DNA of 64,000 nucleotides, from IMG/VR virus record IMGVR_UViG_3300045988_130750, positions 64,001 to 128,000 of that record. One strand, 5' to 3'. Position 1 is the first letter of the stretch. The number at the start of each line of letters is the position of its first letter. The notes beneath the pieces were generated by a model, which searched no databases, was not told where the DNA came from, and saw only the letters and a program-made list of their open reading frames with translations. Positions 1 through 9,099 of the stretch are shown one piece after another. Both the position numbers and the translations under genes were made by a program. The stretch is from a virus.

Positions 1-31
1 ATATGCATATTATGAAGGCAGAACAGAACAA

Positions 32-214
32 ATGGAGAATATCTTAAAAGAGAAATGCATTGGTACAGAGTTTTTTGTAGAAAATATTATGAACTTGGAA
101 CAGTGTGCAGTATTTGATTATCTGTCAGAAATTGTTCGCTATGAAATGGAAAGTCCATTTACAGAAAAGAAACGTAAAACAACAAAGAAAACAGCAAAGG
201 TAAATGTAATATAA
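32..214 (+). CDS. hypothetical protein with basic C-terminal tail
   Basis: 60-aa ORF from the track, same strand and packing as its neighbours. No family recognised. Confidence 0.45.
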   Translation: MENILKEKCIGTEFFVENIMNLEQCAVFDYLSEIVRYEMESPFTEKKRKTTKKTAKVNVI

Positions 215-252
215 AAAAGAATAACATTATAATAAGGAAAGGATTGAATCAT

Positions 253-453
253 ATGGCATATAGAAAAACGAAACAGTTAAGAGAATTTGAGCCTATTTTA
301 TATAAGAACGGTTACAGATTCGCACGGTGTAAGGGAAGTCATTTTATTTATATGAATCGGACAACTCATAAAACGATTGTAGTAAATAAGGATTTAAACA
401 AAATGGTAAAAGAACGATTAATAAAGGATAATAATTTAGTGGAGGCAAAGTAA
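253..453 (+). CDS. hicA: HicA-like mRNA interferase toxin
   Basis: ATG 253 follows AAGGAAAGGA. ...LYKNGYRFARCKGSHFIYMN...VVNKDLNKMVKERLIK fits the HicA/YcfA pattern (K-GSH core, basic C-terminus). Confidence 0.6.
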   Translation: MAYRKTKQLREFEPILYKNGYRFARCKGSHFIYMNRTTHKTIVVNKDLNKMVKERLIKDNNLVEAK

Positions 454-454
454 T

Positions 455-694
455 ATGACAAGAGAAGATTTTACAGAACGGAAAGTAGAAACATTGGAAA
501 GATTAAACAGTATATCAGAATCTTTGACCTCTGCAACCATGAATCATTATGATAAAAGTGAGGATGCAGATTTAGAAGAAATCGCAGACAGCGTAAGTGC
601 GGATGTGGAATCCATCAAAGGATATCTTGAACAGCTTGAAAGCATGATTGGAGATATTGAAGAATTACAGTGTTATGAAAGTAACATTGAATAA
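455..694 (+). CDS. small acidic helical protein, possible partner of HicA
   Basis: ATG lies 1 nt after the hicA stop (TAATATG). 79 aa, rich in D/E. Not HicB-like by eye. Confidence 0.5.
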   Translation: MTREDFTERKVETLERLNSISESLTSATMNHYDKSEDADLEEIADSVSADVESIKGYLEQLESMIGDIEELQCYESNIE

Positions 695-771
695 GACGAA
701 GATTGTTAAGTGAAATGAGAAGAGAAATTACAAAGGTGTAATTCATAAGATTGGAAAGGATGGATATAAAA

Positions 772-906
772 ATGAACAAATTTTTAATTGAAATTGAATG
801 TGACGGAGATATTAATGTCGAAGGAATGGAAAATCTATTAAAAAATATGATGGATAATCAAGTTAATTGTACAGAAACGACAATTGTTGTGAGAGAAGAT
901 GAGTAA
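772..906 (+). CDS. hypothetical small protein (44 aa)
   Basis: Below the track cutoff. ATG 772 is preceded by TTGGAAAGGATGG. The ORF fills an otherwise empty gap. Confidence 0.45.
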   Translation: MNKFLIEIECDGDINVEGMENLLKNMMDNQVNCTETTIVVREDE

Positions 907-938
907 ATGTGTATTTCATTAGAATTGGAGGAACAGAT

Positions 939-1118
939 ATGGAATTTTCAGAAATGGATGAAGTAAGAGTAAGAACTTATGGTGGTGCTATTGGCACTAT
1001 TGAAAGGGTTATATATGAAATGGTAGATAGTAAGGAAACAGATAATGTATATTGCTATGAAATGGAAATCAATGGTAAACATGGAGTCATAGTCTATCCA
1101 GACGAGATTGACGAATAA
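939..1118 (+). CDS. hypothetical protein
   Basis: Start refined to ATG 939, 8 nt after ATTGGAGGA. A junction TTTC box lies at 914-920. Confidence 0.6.
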   Translation: MEFSEMDEVRVRTYGGAIGTIERVIYEMVDSKETDNVYCYEMEINGKHGVIVYPDEIDE

Positions 1119-1170
1119 AGCTGATTGTAGAATAGTAAATGCGTGTTTCATTAGAAGGTAGGTGAAGGAT

Positions 1171-1383
1171 ATGAAAGTAACAAAGAAATTAGAAGAATTG
1201 TTAGAAAAAGCATCTAAAAAACTTGATGCTGCACAAGATGCTAGAAGCGAAGTTATGGACTATCTTGAGGAGCATTATGGGATAGATACAAGAGAGGAAT
1301 ATGAAGAAATAGAAGATCAATGTACATGGTGCTATGGAATTGATAAAGATAGTGTAAGAAAATTGATTGAAAAGGCAAAATAA
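1171..1383 (+). CDS. hypothetical acidic protein
   Basis: ATG 1171 follows GGTAGGTGAAGG. TTTC box at 1146-1152. Confidence 0.6.
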   Translation: MKVTKKLEELLEKASKKLDAAQDARSEVMDYLEEHYGIDTREEYEEIEDQCTWCYGIDKDSVRKLIEKAK

Positions 1384-1416
1384 ATTCGCATTTCTTTAGA
1401 AGATTGGAGAAATAAA

Positions 1417-1593
1417 ATGAAATTTAATAAAGACGACAGAGTATTTCATAGAGGATTAAAAAGATATGGAATATATGTAGATGATGATTGGGCTTCCGAT
1501 GATAGTTGTTATGTTAAGTTTGACAACGAGGATAATCCGGATGATGTATTGTGTGTATCGAAAAACTGGTTAGATAACGTAAAGGAGAAATAA
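1417..1593 (+). CDS. hypothetical small protein, paralog of 10295..10525
   Basis: 58-aa ORF not in the track. SD is ATTGGAGA. MKFNKDDRVFHRGLKRYGIYV..W resembles MKFKVGDRVFHKNLRLFGTFV..W at 10295. Confidence 0.6.
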   Translation: MKFNKDDRVFHRGLKRYGIYVDDDWASDDSCYVKFDNEDNPDDVLCVSKNWLDNVKEK

Positions 1594-1595
1594 AA

Positions 1596-1793
1596 ATGGG
1601 ATTAGAAGAGATTTTAAAAGAACTTGGAGCAGACATTCCCTTTGATGAGAAAGGAGATTTAACTTCAAATGGAGCTGACGCATATGAGAAGTTAATCAAT
1701 GTAGTAACAGGATTAAATAGTATTGGTGCTATTCAAGAGAAACCAGATGACATTGAAAGTTATTGTGATGAAATAGTGAGATTGGGATTCTAA
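1596..1793 (+). CDS. hypothetical protein
   Basis: ATG follows AAGGAGAAATAAAA and lies 2 nt after the upstream stop. Confidence 0.6.
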   Translation: MGLEEILKELGADIPFDEKGDLTSNGADAYEKLINVVTGLNSIGAIQEKPDDIESYCDEIVRLGF

Positions 1794-1834
1794 TGAAACT
1801 AAGATTTCTTGGTATGATTGGAGGCAAAAAATCA

Positions 1835-2047
1835 ATGGAAAATAAACCTTATGCAATAGCAGTACGAATTTATGAATTAAATGGAACAACGATGGCAGAT
1901 ATTAAAACTTCTCCCTGTGATGGTTTGAGAACAGAAACGATAACATGGACAAAACCAGACGAAAGAGAAAGATTTTATTATAATGGTTATACGTTGATTT
2001 ATGATGAACGAATCAAAAATATAAAACCTTTTGAAGAAATTAAATAA
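1835..2047 (+). CDS. hypothetical protein
   Basis: Start refined to ATG 1835 after ATTGGAGGC. The track start at 1793 would read through the TTTC box at 1805-1812. Confidence 0.55.
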   Translation: MENKPYAIAVRIYELNGTTMADIKTSPCDGLRTETITWTKPDERERFYYNGYTLIYDERIKNIKPFEEIK

Positions 2048-2060
2048 GGAGTGAAGCGAA

Positions 2061-2276
2061 ATGACAAACATTGAAAAGTCAAAAGAGGACGCACGGAACT
2101 TAAATGAACTCACGGATCATTTGATTAAATTACTTGAATCGGATGACAAGCGGTTCTCATTTGAATTTTGTGCAGGTGGCACAATGGAGATTTACGACAA
2201 AGAAAAAGAAATTGGGTATGCAGTTCATATTGTACCGATTGAATATGATGAGAACGGAAAAGCAATAAATTTATAA
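2061..2276 (+). CDS. hypothetical protein
   Basis: ATG follows AAGGAGTGAAGCGAA. Confidence 0.6.
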   Translation: MTNIEKSKEDARNLNELTDHLIKLLESDDKRFSFEFCAGGTMEIYDKEKEIGYAVHIVPIEYDENGKAINL

Positions 2277-2286
2277 AGGAGACGAA

Positions 2287-2460
2287 ATGAATTACTTAGA
2301 GTATATTATCTATCATAATTGTGATAAAGGCAGAATCGTAGTACGACACACACAAAGATTTTTCACGAGTTATGAAGAAGCGAAAGCAAATGCAGAACAT
2401 TGGATAAAACAGAATTATCCGAATGAAGATGCAAACAATTTTGAAATATATGTTAAATAA
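2287..2460 (+). CDS. hypothetical small protein (57 aa)
   Basis: Not in the track. ATG 2287 follows AAGGAGACGAA. Confidence 0.55.
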   Translation: MNYLEYIIYHNCDKGRIVVRHTQRFFTSYEEAKANAEHWIKQNYPNEDANNFEIYVK

Positions 2461-2466
2461 CGCAAA

Positions 2467-2505
2467 GGCAGTTAGGAGAATAAATACCTAGCTGCCTATT
2501 TTATT
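2467..2505 (+). terminator. intrinsic terminator
   Basis: GGCAGTTAGG-N10-CCTAGCTGCC stem with one mismatch, followed by TATTTTATT. Confidence 0.6.
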
Positions 2506-2526
2506 ACAAGAAAGTGAGGAATGAAC

Positions 2527-2784
2527 ATGAAACAATTTGATTTACCTGTAGTAAATAATATACGAAAATCATTTTACGGAAAAGCGAAAGTAACAGAGTT
2601 AGACAATGGAGACATTGAGCTGACAAGCTACAATACAGTCGTTTGCAGAATACATAATGGAGTTTTTCAGAGATTGTGGAATGGGTATTCAGCAACGACA
2701 ATGAGACATATCAATGCTTTTATTGGCTTCTATGGAATTGAAGGTGGAGGCAAAGCATGGTGGAACAGTTTAGAGATTGAATAA
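2527..2784 (+). CDS. hypothetical protein
   Basis: ATG 2527 lies 6 nt after GTGAGGA. ATG 2521 is also possible. Confidence 0.6.
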   Translation: MKQFDLPVVNNIRKSFYGKAKVTELDNGDIELTSYNTVVCRIHNGVFQRLWNGYSATTMRHINAFIGFYGIEGGGKAWWNSLEIE

Positions 2785-2803
2785 ATTAAGGAGGAAACGA
2801 ATT

Positions 2804-3070
2804 ATGAGCAAATGGTTATATGATCCTGAAAAGGATTTACGGAATGGAAAAGAGTTTACTTATAACTTACCTATACATGAGAATGACACATTATTCAATG
2901 GTTTTACATATAGAGAAATCATGGATGTAATAGTTGCAAATTGTGGTCACAATGTCACAGAAGCACAATTTGATAAAGAGTTAAAGGATTTTCTTGATAT
3001 GCGAATTGAAGAGATGAAAGAAAATCTGATGTTGTGCAAGGCAAATATGTTAAAAGAGATTAGAAAGTAA
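2804..3070 (+). CDS. hypothetical protein
   Basis: Start refined to ATG 2804 after AAGGAGGAAACGAATT. Confidence 0.6.
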   Translation: MSKWLYDPEKDLRNGKEFTYNLPIHENDTLFNGFTYREIMDVIVANCGHNVTEAQFDKELKDFLDMRIEEMKENLMLCKANMLKEIRK

Positions 3071-3083
3071 GGAGGAAATTATT

Positions 3084-3833
3084 ATGCGTAAGATTCTTAA
3101 CCCATGTAAATGTAAGGTATATACAAGATCGGGAAAAGAAGCAGATAAAAATGCATTTGTAAAAATTGAATACAATAATTCAAAGTTAAGTATTAGTGGT
3201 GTGGTTGCACCATTATCAAATGGAGATTGCCTTGGCTCTGCTGGTCAGTGCGTAGATGAAATCAGAAATGGAATTCCTACAGATGAATGGACAACAGAAA
3301 TGCTTAATAAATTATGTGATATTTGGGACAGATGGCACTTAAATGATATGCGTCCATATTGTCCACATATGGAGGAGCTTGGGTGGGTTAAACATACACA
3401 GGATAAAGTGAAAATTGAAAAATGGACACTTACAAGAGAAGCCTCTCAGAAAAAGAAAGAAGCTGAGAACAGAGCATTAGAGTGTCTGAGAAATGGAGAA
3501 CCATTTTATCTAACAAAAGATGAAATTGCATATGCAAATATGAAATATTCTATTGATATTTATAATGACGAAGACATAGAAAATAAATGTGGAAAGTTAT
3601 ATAAAGATGCGTATGAATTAAAAGAAAAAGATTGTTTAGGACACTCAAACACAGAATATAAAACAAGAGGTTGGATTTCATATAAAGATCATGAGTTAGG
3701 TTTTCTTAGTAGACCTTGCCCTGTATGTGGTTATAAATATGGAACTGCATGGAAAATGGAAGATGTACCTGATGAAATAATTAAATGGTTAGAAAGTTTA
3801 CCTGAAACAAAGGTAAAACCAGCTTGGGTATAA
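3084..3833 (+). CDS. hypothetical protein with C-terminal CPVCG zinc-ribbon motif
   Basis: 249-aa ORF. SD is AAGGAGGAAATTATT. Confidence 0.65.
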   Translation: MRKILNPCKCKVYTRSGKEADKNAFVKIEYNNSKLSISGVVAPLSNGDCLGSAGQCVDEIRNGIPTDEWTTEMLNKLCDIWDRWHLNDMRPYCPHMEELGWVKHTQDKVKIEKWTLTREASQKKKEAENRALECLRNGEPFYLTKDEIAYANMKYSIDIYNDEDIENKCGKLYKDAYELKEKDCLGHSNTEYKTRGWISYKDHELGFLSRPCPVCGYKYGTAWKMEDVPDEIIKWLESLPETKVKPAWV

Positions 3834-3847
3834 GGAGGTAAAACATT

Positions 3848-4033
3848 ATGTTGAAAATTGAAATTAAAACAGGTGGTGCAGCTTATAGTGATGATGATGT
3901 ACTTACATATGAAGGTAGATATGAGTTGAAGAGAAACTTAACAGATATTGCACAGTTAATTACAAATGGATGTGATAGTGGTTACATCATGGATATTAAC
4001 GGAAACAAAGTAGGTAACTGGTCGGTTGAATAA
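3848..4033 (+). CDS. hypothetical protein
   Basis: ATG follows AAGGAGGTAAAACATT. Confidence 0.6.
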   Translation: MLKIEIKTGGAAYSDDDVLTYEGRYELKRNLTDIAQLITNGCDSGYIMDINGNKVGNWSVE

Positions 4034-4077
4034 CCAAATGAAAGAGTACTTTCATAGAAAGGTAAAAGGTGATAATT

Positions 4078-4329
4078 ATGAAAAAATATGTAGTAATTTG
4101 TTATTCGGTTCACAATAAAGAAATTGCAAGCCATGATGCATTTGAAAATGAGGATGATGCATACGCATTTCTTGAAAAAGATGCACAGAATACTTACGAG
4201 GAAGAAATGAATAATTCTGACGAAGAAGGAAAAGAGCAGGTCGATTTTACAATAAGTGATGATGGTTCAGCATATCTTTCATCTCACGATGGAGAATATG
4301 AATGGACTTGGGAAGTTATAGAGGCATAA
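4078..4329 (+). CDS. hypothetical highly acidic protein
   Basis: ATG 4078 follows AAAAGGTGATAATT. Rich in D/E. Confidence 0.6.
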   Translation: MKKYVVICYSVHNKEIASHDAFENEDDAYAFLEKDAQNTYEEEMNNSDEEGKEQVDFTISDDGSAYLSSHDGEYEWTWEVIEA

Positions 4330-4367
4330 AGAATTAGCAATTTCATTTTAAGATTGGAGGAATGAGC

Positions 4368-4838
4368 ATGGAAAATATTACAGTAAGAGAATGGGTAAAT
4401 AAATTTAATAATAAAGAGTTTGAGTCTAAAAACAGAGCAGTTCAGTGTAATGCAGGTTGGTATGATTGGTTTTGTTCAGATGATGCGTTGGCTGGAAGAT
4501 TAAAGAAGATGGGAAACATTATAAAGGATATTAAGAGTGATTACATTCTTGATAATTTTAGAGTATGGTTTAAAAATAATTGTCCTTGCTCTTATCCATT
4601 GTATGATGATTTTAGATTTGAACCAATAATGGAAAACGGAGAAGATTCAGATGATTTAATTCGTGATCAATTATATTTTGGAGTACAGTGTGGGCATCCA
4701 TTTGGAAGTGAGCATATGTATAAAATATTTACAGCAAGGAATGGATACTCAGTTGAATTTAAATGTAAAAATAAAAAGGAAGTATTAAATGTAATTGAAC
4801 AACTTGCAGAAGATTTTCAGAAAGAAATGGAGGTGTAA
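4368..4838 (+). CDS. hypothetical protein
   Basis: ATG 4368 follows ATTGGAGGAATGAGC. TTTC box at 4341-4347. Confidence 0.65.
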   Translation: MENITVREWVNKFNNKEFESKNRAVQCNAGWYDWFCSDDALAGRLKKMGNIIKDIKSDYILDNFRVWFKNNCPCSYPLYDDFRFEPIMENGEDSDDLIRDQLYFGVQCGHPFGSEHMYKIFTARNGYSVEFKCKNKKEVLNVIEQLAEDFQKEMEV

Positions 4839-4840
4839 GT

Positions 4841-5206
4841 ATGGTAACAGAAAATGGAATGGTTATGATGACTCTTAGCGAATATCAAAGCTTAAATGCA
4901 ACAAAAAATAAAATAGAGGAACTTGAAAAGTCAAATGAAATGCTACGAAAAGCAATGTTACAGTTGACTGGTAAAGGCAATACAACGGATATTAAAGTTT
5001 CTCGTTCAGATTTTGTTAAAATGCACGATATGGCAGTGAACGAAATGTTTGAGACAAATAGTGAAGAGAACGATGTTTATGGACATAATATCACAGTACA
5101 TTGGCATGGAATGTATTGCAGTTGTTCAGATGGAGCAACACCAAGTAATTATATAATTCCTGCAATAGTGGATTGTGATAACGAATTAGATTGGAAGGAT
5201 GAATAG
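4841..5206 (+). CDS. hypothetical protein
   Basis: ATG follows GGAGGTGTAAGT. Confidence 0.65.
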   Translation: MVTENGMVMMTLSEYQSLNATKNKIEELEKSNEMLRKAMLQLTGKGNTTDIKVSRSDFVKMHDMAVNEMFETNSEENDVYGHNITVHWHGMYCSCSDGATPSNYIIPAIVDCDNELDWKDE

Positions 5207-5208
5207 AA

Positions 5209-5475
5209 ATGTTACAACTAACAGAGGATGGATACAAATTTATAAGCGAGAATGGAATTGAGTATGATATTCTCGAAGGTGTGACAATTGGTGTTTCGCC
5301 ACGAAAGACAAGTGATATGATATTTATTCTGCTAAACAATGCAGATTATAACGTAGAAAATCATTTTGTTGGATATTTATTTGGCGCATGTTTGTTTTCT
5401 GAAAGAGAAACTGAATATGAAGAAAGCATTGCAGAACTTGTAGATAAATATGAAAAAGAAAATGGATTGGAGTGA
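5209..5475 (+). CDS. hypothetical protein
   Basis: ATG lies 2 nt after the upstream stop; tightly packed. Confidence 0.6.
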   Translation: MLQLTEDGYKFISENGIEYDILEGVTIGVSPRKTSDMIFILLNNADYNVENHFVGYLFGACLFSERETEYEESIAELVDKYEKENGLE

Positions 5476-5481
5476 TTGTTT

Positions 5482-5679
5482 ATGAAGTATAAAATAGGCG
5501 ATAAATTTATGATAGAAATGAGAACTGGTTTTCTACTAAATAGTTTCGTTAGAAGAGAAATTGAAATTACAAAAATAATTGGTAATCTCCTATGGTTCAA
5601 ATATGAGTTACCTAATGGTGGTTACAGGGAAATGTTTGGTTATGAAAAAGATTTAGATGGAATGATCATAACTGAATAA
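5482..5679 (+). CDS. hypothetical protein
   Basis: ATG 5482 follows TGGAGTGATTGTTT. Confidence 0.55.
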   Translation: MKYKIGDKFMIEMRTGFLLNSFVRREIEITKIIGNLLWFKYELPNGGYREMFGYEKDLDGMIITE

Positions 5680-5715
5680 ACAAGAGTTTCAAGGCAAGAT
5701 TGGAGGAAAATAAAT

Positions 5716-6111
5716 ATGCTAAAAGAAAATTTAATAAAATGGTTTAATTATTGCAACGCAATAGCAGAAGATATTGTGGAAAATAATAAATCGAAAGAAA
5801 TACAAGAGTACGCACAAAAGTTTGCAGAAATTGAAAGTCCTTTGGTTGGTGGTACTGATGCAGATTGGATTCGCATTAACGCTGGGGATATTTATATATT
5901 CTTATGTGACGATGGGCAAATTGGTTATCAAGTTGACCCATTAGCTGAATACGGTGGAGAACTTATTGATATGTGGAATTGTTCAAAAGATGATTTTATA
6001 AAAGAAATCTTATCGTTAGAAAATGCACCAATTATTAGAGATGGAGTTACTTTCTTTGAATCAGAAAAATCTGTTGATGAGCCACCTATGTATATGCCAA
6101 TGAAACGATGA
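5716..6111 (+). CDS. hypothetical protein
   Basis: ATG follows ATTGGAGGAAAATAAAT. TTTC box at 5687-5694. Confidence 0.65.
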   Translation: MLKENLIKWFNYCNAIAEDIVENNKSKEIQEYAQKFAEIESPLVGGTDADWIRINAGDIYIFLCDDGQIGYQVDPLAEYGGELIDMWNCSKDDFIKEILSLENAPIIRDGVTFFESEKSVDEPPMYMPMKR

Positions 6112-6141
6112 TTTACTGAGTTTAGAGGAGAGTAGATAAAA

Positions 6142-6300
6142 ATGTTTAGAAGAAAAGCAAAATGGATTTATTGGAGAGAAAAAGGAATAAAGCAATGCAA
6201 ATGCTCGAAATGCAAAGTATCTTACGGTTGTATGGATACACCATACTGTCCTAATTGTGGTCGGAAAATGGTTGGAGCCATAAAAGGCAAAGAAGTTTGA
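6142..6300 (+). CDS. small zinc-ribbon protein (52 aa)
   Basis: Not in the track. SD is AGAGGAGAG. Contains CKCSKC...CPNCG, i.e. two CxxC pairs. Confidence 0.55.
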   Translation: MFRRKAKWIYWREKGIKQCKCSKCKVSYGCMDTPYCPNCGRKMVGAIKGKEV

Positions 6301-6333
6301 ATCGAAAATTTGAAGTGAAAGCGAGGTATAAAA

Positions 6334-6507
6334 ATGTTAAGTGAAGATTTTAAAGGAAAAAGATGTGCAGGGTGTAGACAATGTGTTCATGCAAATTATG
6401 ATAAAATGAAGTGCTATCCTAATTCGGGAGATTGCAAGAAAGAATACGATTTGACAGAAGAAGATTTTCACACAGAAACAAGATGTGATTTTTTCAAAAG
6501 TAAATAA
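6334..6507 (+). CDS. small Cys-rich protein (57 aa)
   Basis: Not in the track. SD is AAGCGAGGT. Contains CAGCRQC...C...C. Confidence 0.5.
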   Translation: MLSEDFKGKRCAGCRQCVHANYDKMKCYPNSGDCKKEYDLTEEDFHTETRCDFFKSK

Positions 6508-6590
6508 ATCTATTGAATCGGGAGCTACTGTATATTATTAAATAGAAATTTATGATATAATAAAAGAAAATGAAAACGGAGGTAGATAAT

Positions 6591-7343
6591 ATGTTAGGTT
6601 CATTATTATTTTTGGGAGCTTTGGGAATTAGTGGAATTCATTGTGGTGTAGAAAATTATCAGATAAAGAAAGAAAGTGCAAAATTTGACAAAAATGGAAA
6701 TATAACATATTTTGATCGAAAGGGTCAGGATTATATAAATCATGAAAAAGTTTATAGAAGTACACAATATGACAAAAATAACCAAGAGCATCATCAGACT
6801 ATTGGTGTTAATAGTGGAATAGTATATCATGACGATTATGATGATAGATCAAAATGGAAAAGAGATATGTCAAATGACAATAAAAGAAATGCAATTGAAT
6901 ATGGATACCCTGTTTACGAAAATTATGACCCTAGATTTAATAAATTTGTAACAACTGAAATTGCAACAGGGAAGGTTATTGCTTGTATATTCCGAGATCA
7001 GTATAGCAAAGAATGTAGAAAATTTTATGTACATGATGATATGATTAATAAATATGGACAGTGTGCATATAACATGTCATCACCTAATGATTTCGGTGTA
7101 ATTATTACAGAAGAAGAATATAATAAAATCAAGTCTGCTGGAGTATCACCAACTTTTAGTCTTGTTCCAAATATGGAAGTATATAACCAATTAACGAAGT
7201 TAACTGATAAATTAGCAGATGAGGCATATGAAGCAGATGTTAGAAAATATTGGGGAACGGTAGGTAATAAGGCAGATGAGATAATAGAAAACTATTATAA
7301 AACAAAATATGGTTCAGATTATCAAAATCATATGAAAAAATAA
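6591..7343 (+). CDS. membrane-anchored or secreted hypothetical protein
   Basis: ATG 6591 follows ACGGAGGTAGATAAT. N-terminal hydrophobic segment LGSLLFLGALGISGI. Confidence 0.6.
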   Translation: MLGSLLFLGALGISGIHCGVENYQIKKESAKFDKNGNITYFDRKGQDYINHEKVYRSTQYDKNNQEHHQTIGVNSGIVYHDDYDDRSKWKRDMSNDNKRNAIEYGYPVYENYDPRFNKFVTTEIATGKVIACIFRDQYSKECRKFYVHDDMINKYGQCAYNMSSPNDFGVIITEEEYNKIKSAGVSPTFSLVPNMEVYNQLTKLTDKLADEAYEADVRKYWGTVGNKADEIIENYYKTKYGSDYQNHMKK

Positions 7344-7546
7344 TTAAACTAAAAGGTTATTATAAACTGAATAAGCAGGGGGTGGAAATGTGCTCAAAAG
7401 ATATTATTGAGTTACTGAATGATGTTATGTAAAATGAAGGAATTGATGTATATATTAAAATATAGAATAAGTCAATTAAATGGAAACTGGTAAAATTGTA
7501 AAAGAATTACGGTATTAAATAATAGATTCATTGGAAAAAAGGGAAC

Positions 7547-7576
7547 GAGGACTGAAGATATATCAGTCCTCTTTTT
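7547..7576. terminator. bidirectional intrinsic terminator
   Basis: GAGGACTGA-N7-TCAGTCCTC, flanked by an A-run upstream and a T-run downstream. The 3' arm contains the stop codon of the minus-strand repressor gene. Confidence 0.65.
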
Positions 7577-7808
7577 GATGTAATTTTGGATCATCTGTGC
7601 GTCCAACAAGATAGTCAATAGAAACATCAAAGTAATCAGCGAGTTTAATCAGCATATCAAGACTTGGTTTTTTGTTTCCATTCTCAAAATTACCAATAGT
7701 TCCTCTTGTAGATTCAATTTCTTTACCAAGCTGCTCCATAGTAAGACCATTAGAAGTTCTCAATTCCTTTAGTCTTTCAGAAAAACTTGGAAAAAAGAAG
7801 AAAAACAT
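7563..7808 (-). CDS. XRE-family HTH repressor (CI-like)
   Basis: LKELRTSNGLTMEQLGKEIESTRGTIGNFENGNKKPSLDMLIKLADYF is a classic XRE HTH. Start set to ATG 7808, preceded on the minus strand by AGAGGTGA. Confidence 0.8.
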   Translation of the reverse strand: MFFFFFPSFSERLKELRTSNGLTMEQLGKEIESTRGTIGNFENGNKKPSLDMLIKLADYFDVSIDYLVGRTDDPKLHQKED

Positions 7809-7819
7809 AACATCACCTC

Positions 7820-7871
7820 TTGACATAAGTATTCAAATAGAATACAATAATGATGTATTCAAACGGAATAC
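7820..7871 (+). promoter_or_regulatory. sigma-A type promoter with two palindromic operators
   Basis: TTGACA (7820-7825), 17-nt spacer, TACAAT (7843-7848). Operators are GTATTCAAATAGAATAC (7829-7845) and GTATTCAAACGGAATAC (7855-7871). Confidence 0.7.
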
Positions 7872-7892
7872 ATAACTGGAAAGGAGATAATT

Positions 7893-8108
7893 ATGAACCA
7901 GCTAAAACAAATCCGTTTGGAAAATAAATGGACTCAACAATATGTGGCAGATAAAATTAGTATTACAAAATCTGCATATTCAAACATTGAGAATCAGAAT
8001 AGAAGTCCATCACTAAAAGTAGCCATTCAATTACAAAATTTGTTTGGTCTATCAATTGAAAAACTGTTGGAAAATAAGAATAGCAACCCTACACCGACAA
8101 AAGTTTAG
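7893..8108 (+). CDS. XRE-family HTH protein (Cro-like)
   Basis: IRLENKWTQQYVADKISITKSAYSNIENQNRSPSLKVAIQLQNLF is an XRE HTH. Divergent from 7563..7808. SD is AAAGGAGATAATT. Confidence 0.8.
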   Translation: MNQLKQIRLENKWTQQYVADKISITKSAYSNIENQNRSPSLKVAIQLQNLFGLSIEKLLENKNSNPTPTKV

Positions 8109-8346
8109 AAGTTGCCATTCCACCCAATTTGAACTTAGTTCAAAGTCAATTATATTCTATCGTACTTTCTGGACTATTTCAAGTCAATTTTCCAAAAGAA
8201 TTGCACCTTGAAAACTGAATAGCAGATCGGCTATCTGTAAAAGCTGTCGTGAGGGAGTTGAAATACTCTCGATAATGTGCGAGCAAAATGGAGAATAAAA
8301 CATTAGAACATTATCAACAAATTTATATAAGAAAGGAAGATACGAT

Positions 8347-9099
8347 ATGAAAGAAGTATTAGAAACAAGAAATGAAATTGAAATTTTTAACAATGAAAAT
8401 TTCGGACAGATTAGAACTATTGTGATTGATGGAGAACCTTGGTTTATTGGAAAAGATATTGCGATTGCACTTGGTTACTCCGATCCAAAAGATGCATTGA
8501 AAAAGCATGTTTATACTGAAGATAAAGAGGTATTTCAAAAGGGGCGTTTTGCCACCTTAGAAAATATTGATAAATTAAGCATCCCAAATAGAGGAATGAC
8601 ATTTGTTAATGAGTCTGGTTTATATTCGTTGATTTTTGGAAGCAAATTAGATTCAGCAAAGCAGTTTAAAAGATGGGTAACATCAGAGGTTCTTCCATCA
8701 ATCCGAAAGACAGGTGGTTATGTTGCAACTCAATCTAATAAGGTAGAAACAATGCTTGAAGATATGGGATGTAATATGAAAGTTGTGTATGCTCAGATTA
8801 ACAATATGGAAAATATGTTAGGTGAGCAGACAGAAAAGTTAAATCAGGTTGTAGATAATATGACATTAACTACAAGACAGCAGCAGAGAATTTATAAAGC
8901 TGCAAAGGACAGAATTAACAATTTACTCGGTGGAGCACATTCTAAAGAATATAAAGCAAATTCGAAAAGCTATTTTATTAATCTTTGGAATGGCTTGAAG
9001 AGTAAATTTGGATGTGGCAGTTCATACAAGGATCTGAATCCTATTTACTTTGATGATGCAATGAGATTTATTCAGAATTGGATTTACGAAGAGAACTAA
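8347..9099 (+). CDS. BRO-N domain antirepressor-like protein
   Basis: FGQIRTIVIDGEPWFIGKDIAIALGYSDPKDALKKHV matches the BRO-N / phage antirepressor N-terminal signature. Confidence 0.75.
   Translation: MKEVLETRNEIEIFNNENFGQIRTIVIDGEPWFIGKDIAIALGYSDPKDALKKHVYTEDKEVFQKGRFATLENIDKLSIPNRGMTFVNESGLYSLIFGSKLDSAKQFKRWVTSEVLPSIRKTGGYVATQSNKVETMLEDMGCNMKVVYAQINNMENMLGEQTEKLNQVVDNMTLTTRQQQRIYKAAKDRINNLLGGAHSKEYKANSKSYFINLWNGLKSKFGCGSSYKDLNPIYFDDAMRFIQNWIYEEN

Noticed and set aside
7388-7432. 14-codon ORF (MCSKDIIELLNDVM) with a strong SD GGGGGTGGAA next to the repressor gene; considered as an arbitrium-like signalling peptide
   Set aside because: It has no signal sequence or propeptide, and no AimR-like TPR receptor is nearby. 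A 14-aa cytoplasmic peptide does not fit known phage communication systems. It remains unexplained.
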